From positions 191,850-255,849 of the forward strand of contig NW_008246118.1 of assembly GCF_000281045.1 (NCBI RefSeq): DNA of 64,000 nt, written 5' to 3'. The position numbers and the translations under genes were made by a program. Below the pieces are notes generated by a model. It saw only the letters and a program-made list of their open reading frames with translations. It made no database searches and was not told the DNA's origin. The stretch comes from Saprolegnia diclina VS20 (lineage: Eukaryota). Shown one piece after another: positions 1 through 10,730 of this stretch (position 1 is the first letter of the stretch; the number at the start of each line of letters is the position of its first letter).

Positions 1-606
1 CGTTCGTCGTTCTCGCCGTCGATGGCGGTTTCTCCGACGCTGGGCTGTCCGGGACGAGGAAGAGTAGCACCGGGAGTGCAGGTATCAGTGCACTGGCGTG
101 CTGCGCGGGCGCGGTCGTGGCATCAGGCAGCGTCGTGCTCTGTAGCGTTAGCATGCACACCTCTACAGGTTGTTCGTGATTGCAACCGAGCGTACACTGT
201 AGTGGCTTTCGTGTAATGGTCTGCGTTTCTACAAAATCGCAAGGCGCCGGCGAAGCGTCATTGACTGCGGTGGCGCGATCAATGACGCCTCGACTGCGGT
301 CAACTCGAGTGGTCGGTCATTGGACCTGGTGTTGGAATGGGACCGCGAGGATGAGGATCGGAGGCGACTCAGATCTAGGATGTATCTGCCAAAATACCGT
401 AGAATTGCACGCCAGTACTGTAGCACCGTTCGGTGATAGTCTTGATCGGATACACCAGCATCCGACTTGGCTGTTTGCCTTTGCCGTTTCCCCGCATACC
501 GTAATCCAAATTCTCGACTTTTTGTGTTTCTTGTCCAATAACCATTTTATATCTACCGTATATGTACAATGGTATAAACGTGCTGTTGACGTATCGTGGC
601 CTTCTC

Positions 607-2607
607 TTACTTGAGCTTGATGATGTTGTTCTTGAGGATCTTGACGTTGTACACAACGCTGGGCACTTCGGTGAGGTTTCCGTCGAGGATGTGGATGTTG
701 GCGTCGCCGTCCTGCGCCAGCATAAAGAACTCTTCAGTATCGTCTTCGGCGATCGCTTTGGTCGTGATGGCCTCGCCGCCCGACGGTTCCTTGGCCGACC
801 GCGTAGACATGGCCGACGCGACCGGCGGTTTGTTGCGCGGCGACTTGACGTGCACTGTGAGCATGCTTCGCTTCTTCACAACGAGATCTTTGGCCGGCAA
901 GCCAAAGCACGTCAAATGCGACATGTAAAACCACTGGAGCGTGCTCAAGCGGCGCGCACTGATGTAGACGACCGAGCCCGGACCATTCGGCAGCTCGTGC
1001 GGCTCGATGCCCCAGAGAAAATCGCACATCACCGACGTGCTATTGTAAACTGCTTGGCGCGCCAAGCTATTTTTCCGCAGCATTTTCCAATGCGAGAGAT
1101 TCCAAACGTGGTCGTAGACGATGGCAACGAGGATGTTGATCAGGAGCACAGTGATGACGTACGGCGCGACGCGGGCGTAGATGCCGTTGATGACTTCGAC
1201 ACGGATCCCGTCGAGCGGCTCGACCTGGTGGTACAGCTCGTAGTTGTCCGAGTTGTTGTAGTCGATAAAGGACGGGATGTAGAAGAGAAAGAGCCCACTG
1301 AGGTACAACGTCGTGACGCTTGAGAAGTTGAAGAAGCCCATCATGACGCTTTGGCCGTTGTACGAGGCGATGCCGAGAAGGTTCCAGAGCAGCTTGCAGA
1401 GCTTGAGGATGACGAGGTTGAGCCAAAGCAGGCGGAACGAAAGCGAAAAGATCTCAATCGACACGAGCGCTTGCGGCGCCGGCGAGTTGTAGACGCTAAC
1501 ATCGCGGACATATTGCAGACAATTTTGCAAATCCAAAACCACCGAGAGTGTGTACAAGTAGACAAACACGTCCGAGTTGAAGAGCATCATGTCGTAGCTG
1601 AGCGCTTCGGATGGAAAAGGAAAGTACTTGGGCACAACGGTGCGAATGACTTTGGCTAAAAACGAGTCGGGTTTTGCTGGGTCAACCTCAAACCACTGCA
1701 CGGTCCGGCGGCTCGCAATGTACCCGCCAAAGCCGACGAAGATCGCGATGAGCTTGATGATGAGGGACGTAAGAGCAATCGCAGAGTTGATGATCGTAAA
1801 GCCGAGCTTGTACGTCGAGCCCGGCACGAAAGCGCTGGTGGTGACCGTGAGCGTCTTGGTTGCGTCGGTGTAGACCATCGAGAGCTCACACGTCGAGTAG
1901 CCGAGCTCGGCGACCGCGTCGCAGCCGGTGCAGTAGTTGTGCGAGTAGATGCGAAAATACGAGACCACTTGCTTTTGAACCGCCGGCGTATCGACAAGCA
2001 CAATCTCGTGCGTAAAGCGTTTGTCGACGGTGGTTCGCCCCGGAAGGTACCCGCGACGGAAGAGGTCGACGCTGCTGGCGCCAGCCTGTACGTTGCCGTC
2101 GCCATTGCTCGCGTGGGTAAAGGCGTTGCCCCGGAAAAAGGTCGTCGAGTCGACAGCGACGGCGAGCTTGACCTTGGTCGAGACGCTCAGATCAACGTGG
2201 TAGTCGCCTTGGAAGATGGGACAGAGGACCGTCGACGGTGTTAGGTCAAACTCGCCGGCGGAAACCGCGTACACGCGCTCGTTCTTGCTCACAAAGTTGA
2301 CGATCGTGTAGTTGGCCATCCATTGACCCATGTTGGACATGTTGGTGATCGAGTGGCCGCGCATGTAGCTGTACTGCGTCTCGAGCTGCGGCGCGTTCTG
2401 CACCGCGCCGATTGGCGTCAAGAAGAAGTACCCGCCTCCGAGGTAGTTGCCGAGCGTCCAGTTGTTGATGACGGCGTCCATCGCGATGAGAAACACGACA
2501 AAGAGACCGGCGGCTCGCTTGACGTAGCCGTACCCGAGGCGCGTGAGGCCTCGCACGCCGCCATGATCAGCGACGAACGTCCGGACGTCTGAGACCGTGT
2601 GAGGCAT
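607..2607 (-). CDS. Oomycete-type multi-pass membrane protein, paralog 1 of 4 (~666 aa)
   Basis: Intronless ORF from first ATG (MPHTVSD). N-terminal TM, then a large loop with YCTGCD-x-AELGYSTC, several TMs, and a C-terminal RRLSTLQWF ... YNVKILKN shared with three neighbours. Confidence 0.85.
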   Translation of the reverse strand: MPHTVSDVRTFVADHGGVRGLTRLGYGYVKRAAGLFVVFLIAMDAVINNWTLGNYLGGGYFFLTPIGAVQNAPQLETQYSYMRGHSITNMSNMGQWMANYTIVNFVSKNERVYAVSAGEFDLTPSTVLCPIFQGDYHVDLSVSTKVKLAVAVDSTTFFRGNAFTHASNGDGNVQAGASSVDLFRRGYLPGRTTVDKRFTHEIVLVDTPAVQKQVVSYFRIYSHNYCTGCDAVAELGYSTCELSMVYTDATKTLTVTTSAFVPGSTYKLGFTIINSAIALTSLIIKLIAIFVGFGGYIASRRTVQWFEVDPAKPDSFLAKVIRTVVPKYFPFPSEALSYDMMLFNSDVFVYLYTLSVVLDLQNCLQYVRDVSVYNSPAPQALVSIEIFSLSFRLLWLNLVILKLCKLLWNLLGIASYNGQSVMMGFFNFSSVTTLYLSGLFLFYIPSFIDYNNSDNYELYHQVEPLDGIRVEVINGIYARVAPYVITVLLINILVAIVYDHVWNLSHWKMLRKNSLARQAVYNSTSVMCDFLWGIEPHELPNGPGSVVYISARRLSTLQWFYMSHLTCFGLPAKDLVVKKRSMLTVHVKSPRNKPPVASAMSTRSAKEPSGGEAITTKAIAEDDTEEFFMLAQDGDANIHILDGNLTEVPSVVYNVKILKNNIIKLK

Positions 2608-3000
2608 CGCGTTCAGCACTGGCAACAACAACGAGCATTTGAAGCGCCGTCAGTTTCGGCGAAAACGGCGGGTTGGAAGCGGCGTGCGTCGGTTGACCTC
2701 GTTTGCTTGGTCGATCACGAAGCATGAGGCTGTGCAAGGAATGTGGGGACGGGCACGTCCGCTCCGTGCGCGACGGGCTTGATATTGGGGCAAAAAAGGC
2801 CTGGTAGTAGAGTGCTGGGATCGCATATTCAGCAAACTACGTTTGTCCAGTCAAGTCCCATGGCCACGCAGACGATTGATGGTAGCGTAAAGAGAGGTCG
2901 TTTCCCTGAATCACAGTGTCACTAGAAGGTCGGTGATTCGATCATCAAGCAAGAAACATGTATTCGAGCACGGAGAATATGCAAGGCAAGGTACTACGAA

Positions 3001-4986
3001 TCATCGAATGGTGACAGTCGTGTTCTTGAGCACCTTGATGTTGTACACGAGGCTCGTCACCTCGGTGAGCGAGTGGTCGAGGAGGTGGATATTCCGGTCC
3101 CAGTCCTGGACAAGGAGGCACATGGTCTCCGTGCTCTCGTCGGCGTTCGCCGTCGCATTTGTCGACGCCTCGGCCATTGACGCGTCCCGCACCGAGCTGC
3201 CCTTCATCGAGCGCAGCGTAGTCTTGACCTGCAGCGTCGACTTTTTTCGAATCAAGAGGTCTTTGGCCGGAAGACAAAAGCACGTTAAGTGGCACATGAA
3301 GAACCACTGGAGCGTACTGAGGCGGCGGGCGCGGACGACGACAATCGCGCCTTCGGCGCCGTTGAGGTTGGCGCGCGTCTCGATGCCCCAGAGAAAATCG
3401 CAGATGATCGACGTGCTATTGTAAACCGCTTGGCGCGCCAAGCTGTTTTTTCGGAGCATCTTGAAGTACTTGTAGTTGATGCCGTGATCGACCAAAATGA
3501 CCACAAAGATGTTGAGGACGAGCGCGTAAATCACATACGGCGCGACGCGGAGGTAGCTGCCGTTGATGACTTCGACGCAAATGCCGTCGATGGGCTCGAT
3601 GGCATTTGCAATGTCGACCGACACCGAGTTGTTGTACTCGATGAGCGACGGGACGAAGAAGAGCAAGATCGCAGAGAGGTAGAGGTACGTGACGCTCGAG
3701 AAATTGAAAAAGCCCATCGTCGTGCTCTGCCCATTGTACGACGCAATGCCGAGGAGGTTCCAGAGCAGTTTGCAGAGCTTGAGGATCGCGAGGTTGCCCC
3801 AGAGCAGTCGCAGCGAGAGCGAAAACATCTCGATCGACACCAAGGCGCTCGGCGAGAGCGCGTTGTACAAGTTGACATTACGCGTGTGCTGCAGACTGTT
3901 TTGGACGTCGAGGAGCACCGAGAACGTGTACAAGAGCACGAATATGTCCGAGTTGTACATGAACATGTCGTAGCTGAGCGCGTCGCTCTGATACGGAAAG
4001 TACTTGGGAACGACCATGCGCAGCACTTTGGTGAGCATCGAGTCGGGTTTCGCCGGGTCGACCTCAAGCCACTGGATCGTGCGCCGGCCCGCAAGGTACC
4101 CCGCGACAGCAAACAAGATTGCGATTAACTTGATGACAATGGCGACTTGACCAAAGACCGAGTTGAGCACCGTAAAACCGAGCTTGTACGTCGAGCCGGG
4201 CACGAACGCGCTCGACGAGACCGTGAGCGTCTTGGCCGCGTCATCGTAGACCATTTTGAACTGACACGTCGAGTACCCGAGCTCCGCGACCGGGTCACAG
4301 CCCGTGCAGTAGTTGCGCGAGAGAATTCGGAAATATGGCACGATTTGCGTCTGCTCGGACGACGTGTTGGCAATGGCAAAGTCCCGTGTGAAGCGCTTGT
4401 CGACGGTCGTCTGCCCGGGAAGGTACCCGCGCGCCAAGACGTCGGCGCTGCGCATGTTTGGTGTCGCCATGTCAACGCTCGCATCGTCTGTAAAGACGTG
4501 CGTGAGCATGTTGCCGCGGTAGTAGGTCGTCGCGTCGGCCGCCAGCGCCAATTTCACTTTTTTCGAAACGTCAACGTTGCCGTAGACGCCTTGGAAGACG
4601 GGGCAGAGCACCATGGTTGGTGTCAGCGGGTACTCGCCGGCCGTGATCGCGTACAGTCGGTCGCTCTTCTCGACAAAGTTGATGATGGTGAAGTTCGACA
4701 TCCACTGGCCCATGTTGGAGAGGTTCTTGATCGAAAAACCGCGCATGTAGCTGTACTTGGTCTCGAGCTGCCGCGCGTTCTGGACCGACCCGAGCGGCGT
4801 CAGAAAAAAATAGCCGCCCCCGAGGTAGTTGCCGAGTGTCCAGTTGTTGACAAGCGCGTCCATGAGGATGAGGAGGATGACGAGGAAGCCCGCAATGTTC
4901 TTGGCGTAGCCGTACCCGCGGTGTGCGAGGCCGCGCATGCCGCCCTTGACAATGACACTGCCCATGCCGCTACCTCGCCGCGTCAT
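3001..4986 (-). CDS. Multi-pass membrane protein, paralog 2 (661 aa)
   Basis: Intronless ORF colinear with paralog 1 (NNWTLGNYLGGGYFFLTP, YCTGCDPVAELGYS, KNSLARQAVYNS). Confidence 0.88.
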   Translation of the reverse strand: MTRRGSGMGSVIVKGGMRGLAHRGYGYAKNIAGFLVILLILMDALVNNWTLGNYLGGGYFFLTPLGSVQNARQLETKYSYMRGFSIKNLSNMGQWMSNFTIINFVEKSDRLYAITAGEYPLTPTMVLCPVFQGVYGNVDVSKKVKLALAADATTYYRGNMLTHVFTDDASVDMATPNMRSADVLARGYLPGQTTVDKRFTRDFAIANTSSEQTQIVPYFRILSRNYCTGCDPVAELGYSTCQFKMVYDDAAKTLTVSSSAFVPGSTYKLGFTVLNSVFGQVAIVIKLIAILFAVAGYLAGRRTIQWLEVDPAKPDSMLTKVLRMVVPKYFPYQSDALSYDMFMYNSDIFVLLYTFSVLLDVQNSLQHTRNVNLYNALSPSALVSIEMFSLSLRLLWGNLAILKLCKLLWNLLGIASYNGQSTTMGFFNFSSVTYLYLSAILLFFVPSLIEYNNSVSVDIANAIEPIDGICVEVINGSYLRVAPYVIYALVLNIFVVILVDHGINYKYFKMLRKNSLARQAVYNSTSIICDFLWGIETRANLNGAEGAIVVVRARRLSTLQWFFMCHLTCFCLPAKDLLIRKKSTLQVKTTLRSMKGSSVRDASMAEASTNATANADESTETMCLLVQDWDRNIHLLDHSLTEVTSLVYNIKVLKNTTVTIR

Positions 4987-5210
4987 GAGTTTGGCGCGAT
5001 GGCTTTTCTGAACGACGAGTGTGGTTTTGAAAATGGATTAAATTTAGAGGTCCCGCCATTTTAGTGCAACCGACGCAACGGCTCTTCGCAACTAAGGCTC
5101 GAAGACGAAGGTGCTGCGACTGCACGGAACATAGTGCCCAAACCACCAGACAAAGCATCCGAAACGCGCAAGAAGACATGGACAGTTAATGCCTAGGAAC
5201 ATGCAATGCA

Positions 5211-7199
5211 CTACTTGATGGTGACGGTGGTGTTCTTGAGGATCTTGATGTTGAAGACGAGGCTCGTGACCTCAGCCAACTGAAAATCGAGGAGACGGAG
5301 GTTGTGGTCACTGTCCTGCACGATCATGAAGTCGTTGCTTTCGTCCAGGACGACTGCCGTCGGCACCGAAGGTGTCGTCGAGCCGGACGTGACCGCCTTG
5401 GCTTGCACGGCGAGTGCCGACGCCTTGCGCGCGCGGAGGCCCTTCTTCTCGGGCAGGCCAAAGAGAGAGAGGTGGCTCGTGAAGAACCAGTAGAGCGTGC
5501 TGAGGCGGCGGGCGTGGCACACGAAGATGGGTCCGTCCCGCTCGTCTCGGATATCGCCAATGTAGTCGCAGACAATCGACGAGCTGTTGTAAATGGCTTG
5601 CCGTGCCAGCGAGTGCTTGGCGAGCGCGCGCCATTTTTTAAAGTGGACAATGTGGTCCAGCAACGTCACAAGGAAAAGGTTGGCGAAGAGGCCGGCAATG
5701 ATCGAGGACGCAACGCGCATGTAAAACCCGTTAAAGACTTCGCAGCAAATGCCGTCGATGCGCTCGGCGGCGTTGGTGACGCTCACGATGATCGCGTTGT
5801 TGTACTCGATGAACGGCGGCACGTAGAAGAGAAATATCGCACTCACATAGAGCGACGTGACGCTGCTGAGGTTGAAGAAGCCCATAACGACGCTGTCGCC
5901 GGCAAACGCAGCGGTCCCAAGAAGGTTCCAGAGGAGCTTGCACATCTTGAGAATCGCGCAGTTGACCCAGAGAAGCCGCGAACTCAGTGCAAACAGTTGC
6001 AACGCGTAGCCAAATTGCGGCGCGTACATCGTGTACAAGTTGACGTTGCGGACGTACAAGAGACAATTTTGAATGTCGATGAGCACGCTAAACGCGTACA
6101 AAAAGACAAACACGTCCGAGTTATAGCAAAACATGCTATAACTCAGCGCGCGGCTTTGGTACGGAAAGCACTTTGGCACGATCGCCCGCTGGAGGCGCGA
6201 GAGAAGTGAGTCGCCACGCGTCGGGTCGATGTCCAGCCACTGCACGGTCCGGCGGCTCGCAATGTAGGACAAAATTGCAAAGACGATCGCGATGAGCTTG
6301 GCCGCGAGCGCGACTTGCCCGAGGCCCGTACTGGGCATGATGAACCCGAGCTTGTAAAAGGACCCTGGCACAAACTCGGAGCGCGTGACTTGGACAGTTT
6401 TTGCGCTGTCGTTGTAGACCATGGTCATGTTGCACTGCGAGTAGCCGAGCTCAGCGACGGGGTCGCACCCGGTGCAGAACGACCGACTGAAGATCCGATA
6501 GTAGGACACGATGCGGGTTTGGGGTACACTCGAGTTGAGGAGGGTAAACTCGGTCGTAAAGCGTTTATCGACGGTGATCCGGCCAGGAATGTAGTTGAGG
6601 TTGATGAGTTGCTTGCTGGTGAGACTCGTGTTGCCGAGGTTCTCGGTCGCGTCGTGCGTGAAGAAGTGCGTGAGCGCATTGCCTCGAAAGTGCGTCACAG
6701 CGTCCGAAGCGAGCGCGAGGCTCACACGAAAGTTGGTCGCGCCCATGTCGACTACATACGTCTTGGCAAAGATGGGGCAGAGCGCCGAGTCGGCGGTCAG
6801 CGGAATGTCGCCCGTGTTGATGAGGTAAATCCGGTCGCTCTTGGCCACCATGTTGGTCACCGAGTAGTTGGCCATCCAGCGTCCAACCTTGGACAGATTC
6901 TGCATGCCAAGATTGCGCGGAAAACTGTACTGCGCACTGAGCTGATCAATGCCGTTGGTCGCTGCGATTGGCGTAATGAAGAAGAACCCGCCGCCGAGGT
7001 AGTTGAGCATGGTCCAGTTGTTGACGACAGCGTCGCCCGCGACAAGCGCCACGACGAGGAGCGAGATCGCCGAGACCGCGAGCGTGTACGCCCGGGATGC
7101 TATAAAGACGGCGCCGTGCTTCGACTTGATCGTTGTCGCAGTAGTGCTGCCAACGAGGTACGCGGAGCCACCAGGCGTGAGCGAACTACGGGACGCCAT
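5211..7199 (-). CDS. Multi-pass membrane protein, paralog 3
   Basis: ORF from first in-frame ATG (MASRSS), with the same conserved blocks as paralogs 1, 2 and 4. A short upstream exon cannot be excluded. Confidence 0.85.
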   Translation of the reverse strand: MASRSSLTPGGSAYLVGSTTATTIKSKHGAVFIASRAYTLAVSAISLLVVALVAGDAVVNNWTMLNYLGGGFFFITPIAATNGIDQLSAQYSFPRNLGMQNLSKVGRWMANYSVTNMVAKSDRIYLINTGDIPLTADSALCPIFAKTYVVDMGATNFRVSLALASDAVTHFRGNALTHFFTHDATENLGNTSLTSKQLINLNYIPGRITVDKRFTTEFTLLNSSVPQTRIVSYYRIFSRSFCTGCDPVAELGYSQCNMTMVYNDSAKTVQVTRSEFVPGSFYKLGFIMPSTGLGQVALAAKLIAIVFAILSYIASRRTVQWLDIDPTRGDSLLSRLQRAIVPKCFPYQSRALSYSMFCYNSDVFVFLYAFSVLIDIQNCLLYVRNVNLYTMYAPQFGYALQLFALSSRLLWVNCAILKMCKLLWNLLGTAAFAGDSVVMGFFNLSSVTSLYVSAIFLFYVPPFIEYNNAIIVSVTNAAERIDGICCEVFNGFYMRVASSIIAGLFANLFLVTLLDHIVHFKKWRALAKHSLARQAIYNSSSIVCDYIGDIRDERDGPIFVCHARRLSTLYWFFTSHLSLFGLPEKKGLRARKASALAVQAKAVTSGSTTPSVPTAVVLDESNDFMIVQDSDHNLRLLDFQLAEVTSLVFNIKILKNTTVTIK

Positions 7200-7721
7200 T
7201 CGGAGCTCACTTTTGGCGCGAGGAGTAAGCTTCAAGACGCCTTTTGAAGTGTGGAGAGACGTTACCAACCTGCTCGCAGACCGTTTCTCTCGCCAAGCGT
7301 CGCGACGTCATGTGTATCGACACCGTCTTGGAGGATGTGACTTGCGTACTTCGCCTTGTTTTGCAAGGATCTTGGCGGCTGCTAGCTTGAGAAGAATGCC
7401 CAATCTATTGGTGTCGATAAGTGTGGCGCCAAGGTCATTTGGTGGCGTGCGAGACGCCAGCACGCCTGATCGCGACGGTTTTCCACCCGATTTAGCCCTG
7501 ATAGTATCATATGACGACGCACTCGGTCGCCGTGCCACGTGCACAAGCTGAGCTTGCGTCCAAGATTTAATCGCTTGAATATACTGTATATGCACCTCAA
7601 GAGCACGAGACGAGACTGTTTCCTTTTCCATAATAACAGGACCCGTGTCTTTTCCATAGCACAGCTCGGTAGAACCACATCCGTTTACGAGTTCAAATGC
7701 CCCTTCAGCAGCAGCGCACTC

Positions 7722-7990
7722 NNNNNNNNNNNNNNNNNNNNNNNNNNNNNNNNNNNNNNNNNNNNNNNNNNNNNNNNNNNNNNNNNNNNNNNNNNNNNNN
7801 NNNNNNNNNNNNNNNNNNNNNNNNNNNNNNNNNNNNNNNNNNNNNNNNNNNNNNNNNNNNNNNNNNNNNNNNNNNNNNNNNNNNNNNNNNNNNNNNNNNN
7901 NNNNNNNNNNNNNNNNNNNNNNNNNNNNNNNNNNNNNNNNNNNNNNNNNNNNNNNNNNNNNNNNNNNNNNNNNNNNNNNNNNNNNNNNNN
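7722..7990. other. Assembly gap (N run)
   Basis: Run of n. Confidence 1.
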
Positions 7991-8616
7991 CAATGGCCTT
8001 TCGTGTTTCCAGGAATAACGCTGTTGCGCGCTATCACGTCAACATGGCAGTGCTGCATACTAGTACGTGCATTGAAGCGTAATGACAACTAGCGCACAGA
8101 GCACATGTGTAAGGAACCATGAACCATCCAACAGTGTCCTCCATGTCCTACAATGAACACACCACCTCGTTTACACAGCAATGGGCCAATGGCAGGGGGG
8201 TGACAATACAAACCCAAAAAAGGCAATAATCGGATATGATTGGCTGAAAAGGGAGACAAATCGCAGTTTCAAACCAATCATGGGTCGATCTCTTGCTGAG
8301 GTGTGCAAGCCCCAGTGCTATCTTGGCACACAAGGATATACATTTTGAAATAAGAGTATATTTGGATATACATTTTCGTCTACTTCACACTCGACATTTT
8401 CAATTAGCACACAGGTCTCGAAAATATAGGAAAGCTTCGCTCGAATGTCTCCATGGTTGTACTTGTTTTTACTATGTGGAGGCAATTGTCACCCCCTGGC
8501 AATGGGCGGTGCTTGGTTCCCGAGCCGTTGCGGTTTCTAATGTATATATCGAGACGCGGCAAAACCGAACGTCAACGAAGGCGACGAAATAGCCACGTGC
8601 CAAAATCGATTGGCCC

Positions 8617-10581
8617 ATGAACAGCCCGACGCAAGCCTTCGTTTCGTCCATACGCCACGAGCGCTGGCGCTCCAAGCTCCGCAAATGGTACCAATTTGTG
8701 GTCACGATCGCGGGCTTGTGTGTCATTCTCTTGATCGCGGGCGACGCAACAGCCAACAACTGGGCGATCAGCAACTTTCTTGGCGGCGGGTACTTTTTTC
8801 TGACGCCAATCGCGTCAGTGCAGTCGCTCGCGCAGCTCAGCACCAAGTACAGCTTTGCCAAGAACCTCGGCGTCGACAACTTGTCCAACTTGGGCCAGTG
8901 GATGTCCAACTTTTCGGTTGTCAACATGGTCACAAAAAGCAACAAGATCTACGTCATCCAGACCGGCGACATTGCGCTCACGCCCAATTCGGTCTTGTGC
9001 CCGATCTTCAAGTCGACGTACGCTGTGGATGTCGCCGTCTCGAGCAAGGTCAAGCTCGCGCTCATGTCGGATGCCGTCACGTTCTTTCGGGGCAACGCCG
9101 TGACCCACTTTTTCTCGGACGATGCAACGGCGAACCTCGGCAATGCCAACCTCACTGCCGACGAGCTTCTCGCTCGCAACTACATTCCGGGACGAACGAC
9201 CGTCGATAAACGCTTCACGACTGAGATTGCACTTGTCAACTCGAGTTTGCCCCAAACACATCGTGTCAACTACTACCGCATCTTTAGCCGATCGTTCTGC
9301 TCGGGCTGCGACCCTGTCGCCGAGCTCGGGTACTCGGTCTGCAACATGACTATGGTGTACAATGACACGGCCAAGACACTCACGGTCACCGACTCGCGCT
9401 TTTTGCCCGGATCGATGTTCAAGCTCGGGTTCGTCATGCCCAACAGCGCATTTGGTCAAGTCGCGCTGGCCGCCAAGATCACGGCCATCGTGTTTGCCGT
9501 CTTTGGGTACCTTGCGAGCCGCCGCACAGTTCAGTGGCACGACGTGGACCCGACCAAAGCCGAGTCGGTCGTGACGCGCGCGATGCGCAGCGTGCTCCCC
9601 AAGGTCTTCCGGCACCAGAGCCACGCGCTGCGCTTTGATATGTTTTGCTACAACTCGGACCTCTTTGTGTTTTTGTATGCGGCGAGCGTCCTCATCGACA
9701 TCCCCAACTGCCTATTGTACATGCGCAACGTCAACTTGTACACAATGTACGCACCGCAGTTCCTCTACTCGCTGCAGCTCTTTTCGCTGTCGACGCGGCT
9801 TCTCTGGGTCAACTGCGCGATTTTGAAAGGGTGCAAGATCCTCTGGAACCTCCTTGGCGTCGCAACCTTCAATGGCGAGAGTGCCGTCATGCGCTTCTTC
9901 AACTGGAGCAGCGTCAAAACGCTCTACTTCTCTGCGATCCTGCTCTTTTACGTGCCGCCGTTCATCGAGTACAATAACTCGGTGACCATCGACGTACGCA
10001 ACTCTGCCCAGCGCATCGACGGTATCTGCATCAACGTCTTTGACGGCTTCTACATGCGCGTCGCGTCGTCGATCACCACTGGCTTGATCGCCAACGTCTT
10101 GATCATGACAGCGCTCGACCATCTGATTTTTTTCAAATTTTGGCGCATCATGACCCGAAACTCCCTCGCGCGCCAAGCCATCTTCAACAGCACTTCGATT
10201 CTTTGCGACTACCTCGACGATGTGATGCCGGATGAGGCCGCGACCGGGGCCGTGATTATCGTGACGGCGCGTCGGCTTAGCACCCTGCATTGGTTCTTTA
10301 CGAGCCACTTGGTGTGCTTTGGCTTGCCCGAGAAGGGGCTGCGGGCCAACAAGAGCAAAGCCATCACCGTCAAGACACCGCAGACGTCGCCCCACAAGCC
10401 GCTATCGTCGGCATCGGCTGTCGTGCCCGAGGCGAGTGCCGCTGCAAGCAGCGACGCGGGCTGCCTTGTCGTGCAAGACGGCGACTGCAACCTGTATCTC
10501 CTTGACCACAAGTACACGGCCATCACGAGCCTCGCGTTCAACATCAAGATTCTCAAAAACACCACCATCACCGTCCAGTAG
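8617..10581 (+). CDS. Multi-pass membrane protein, paralog 4 (654 aa), divergent from paralog 3
   Basis: Intronless ORF, closest to paralog 3 (YYRIFSRSFC[ST]GCDPVAELGYS, NVNLYTMYAPQF). Confidence 0.88.
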   Translation: MNSPTQAFVSSIRHERWRSKLRKWYQFVVTIAGLCVILLIAGDATANNWAISNFLGGGYFFLTPIASVQSLAQLSTKYSFAKNLGVDNLSNLGQWMSNFSVVNMVTKSNKIYVIQTGDIALTPNSVLCPIFKSTYAVDVAVSSKVKLALMSDAVTFFRGNAVTHFFSDDATANLGNANLTADELLARNYIPGRTTVDKRFTTEIALVNSSLPQTHRVNYYRIFSRSFCSGCDPVAELGYSVCNMTMVYNDTAKTLTVTDSRFLPGSMFKLGFVMPNSAFGQVALAAKITAIVFAVFGYLASRRTVQWHDVDPTKAESVVTRAMRSVLPKVFRHQSHALRFDMFCYNSDLFVFLYAASVLIDIPNCLLYMRNVNLYTMYAPQFLYSLQLFSLSTRLLWVNCAILKGCKILWNLLGVATFNGESAVMRFFNWSSVKTLYFSAILLFYVPPFIEYNNSVTIDVRNSAQRIDGICINVFDGFYMRVASSITTGLIANVLIMTALDHLIFFKFWRIMTRNSLARQAIFNSTSILCDYLDDVMPDEAATGAVIIVTARRLSTLHWFFTSHLVCFGLPEKGLRANKSKAITVKTPQTSPHKPLSSASAVVPEASAAASSDAGCLVVQDGDCNLYLLDHKYTAITSLAFNIKILKNTTITVQ

Positions 10582-10730
10582 CGCCCGAGTCTCGCTAAAT
10601 TGCTCAAGTTCTAGTAGTGAATATCTATAATACATAGTTGCTTTGACAAAGACTACACTAATCGCGTGTGCATTGAAGACCATTCTTAAAACCACGGAGC
10701 GTAACCGTAGGCGCCTAGACAGACGGCATC

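Noticed and set aside
1..154. Possible minus-strand gene start (MLTLQSTT...) running off the window
   Set aside because: Only ~50 codons visible and no recognisable motif.
562..9624. Long antisense ORFs (e.g. 562-1323, 4147-5064, 6315-7247, 8815-9624; also 21255-22328 and 29111-30667)
   Set aside because: These are shadow frames of GC3-rich genes on the opposite strand, with no independent motifs.
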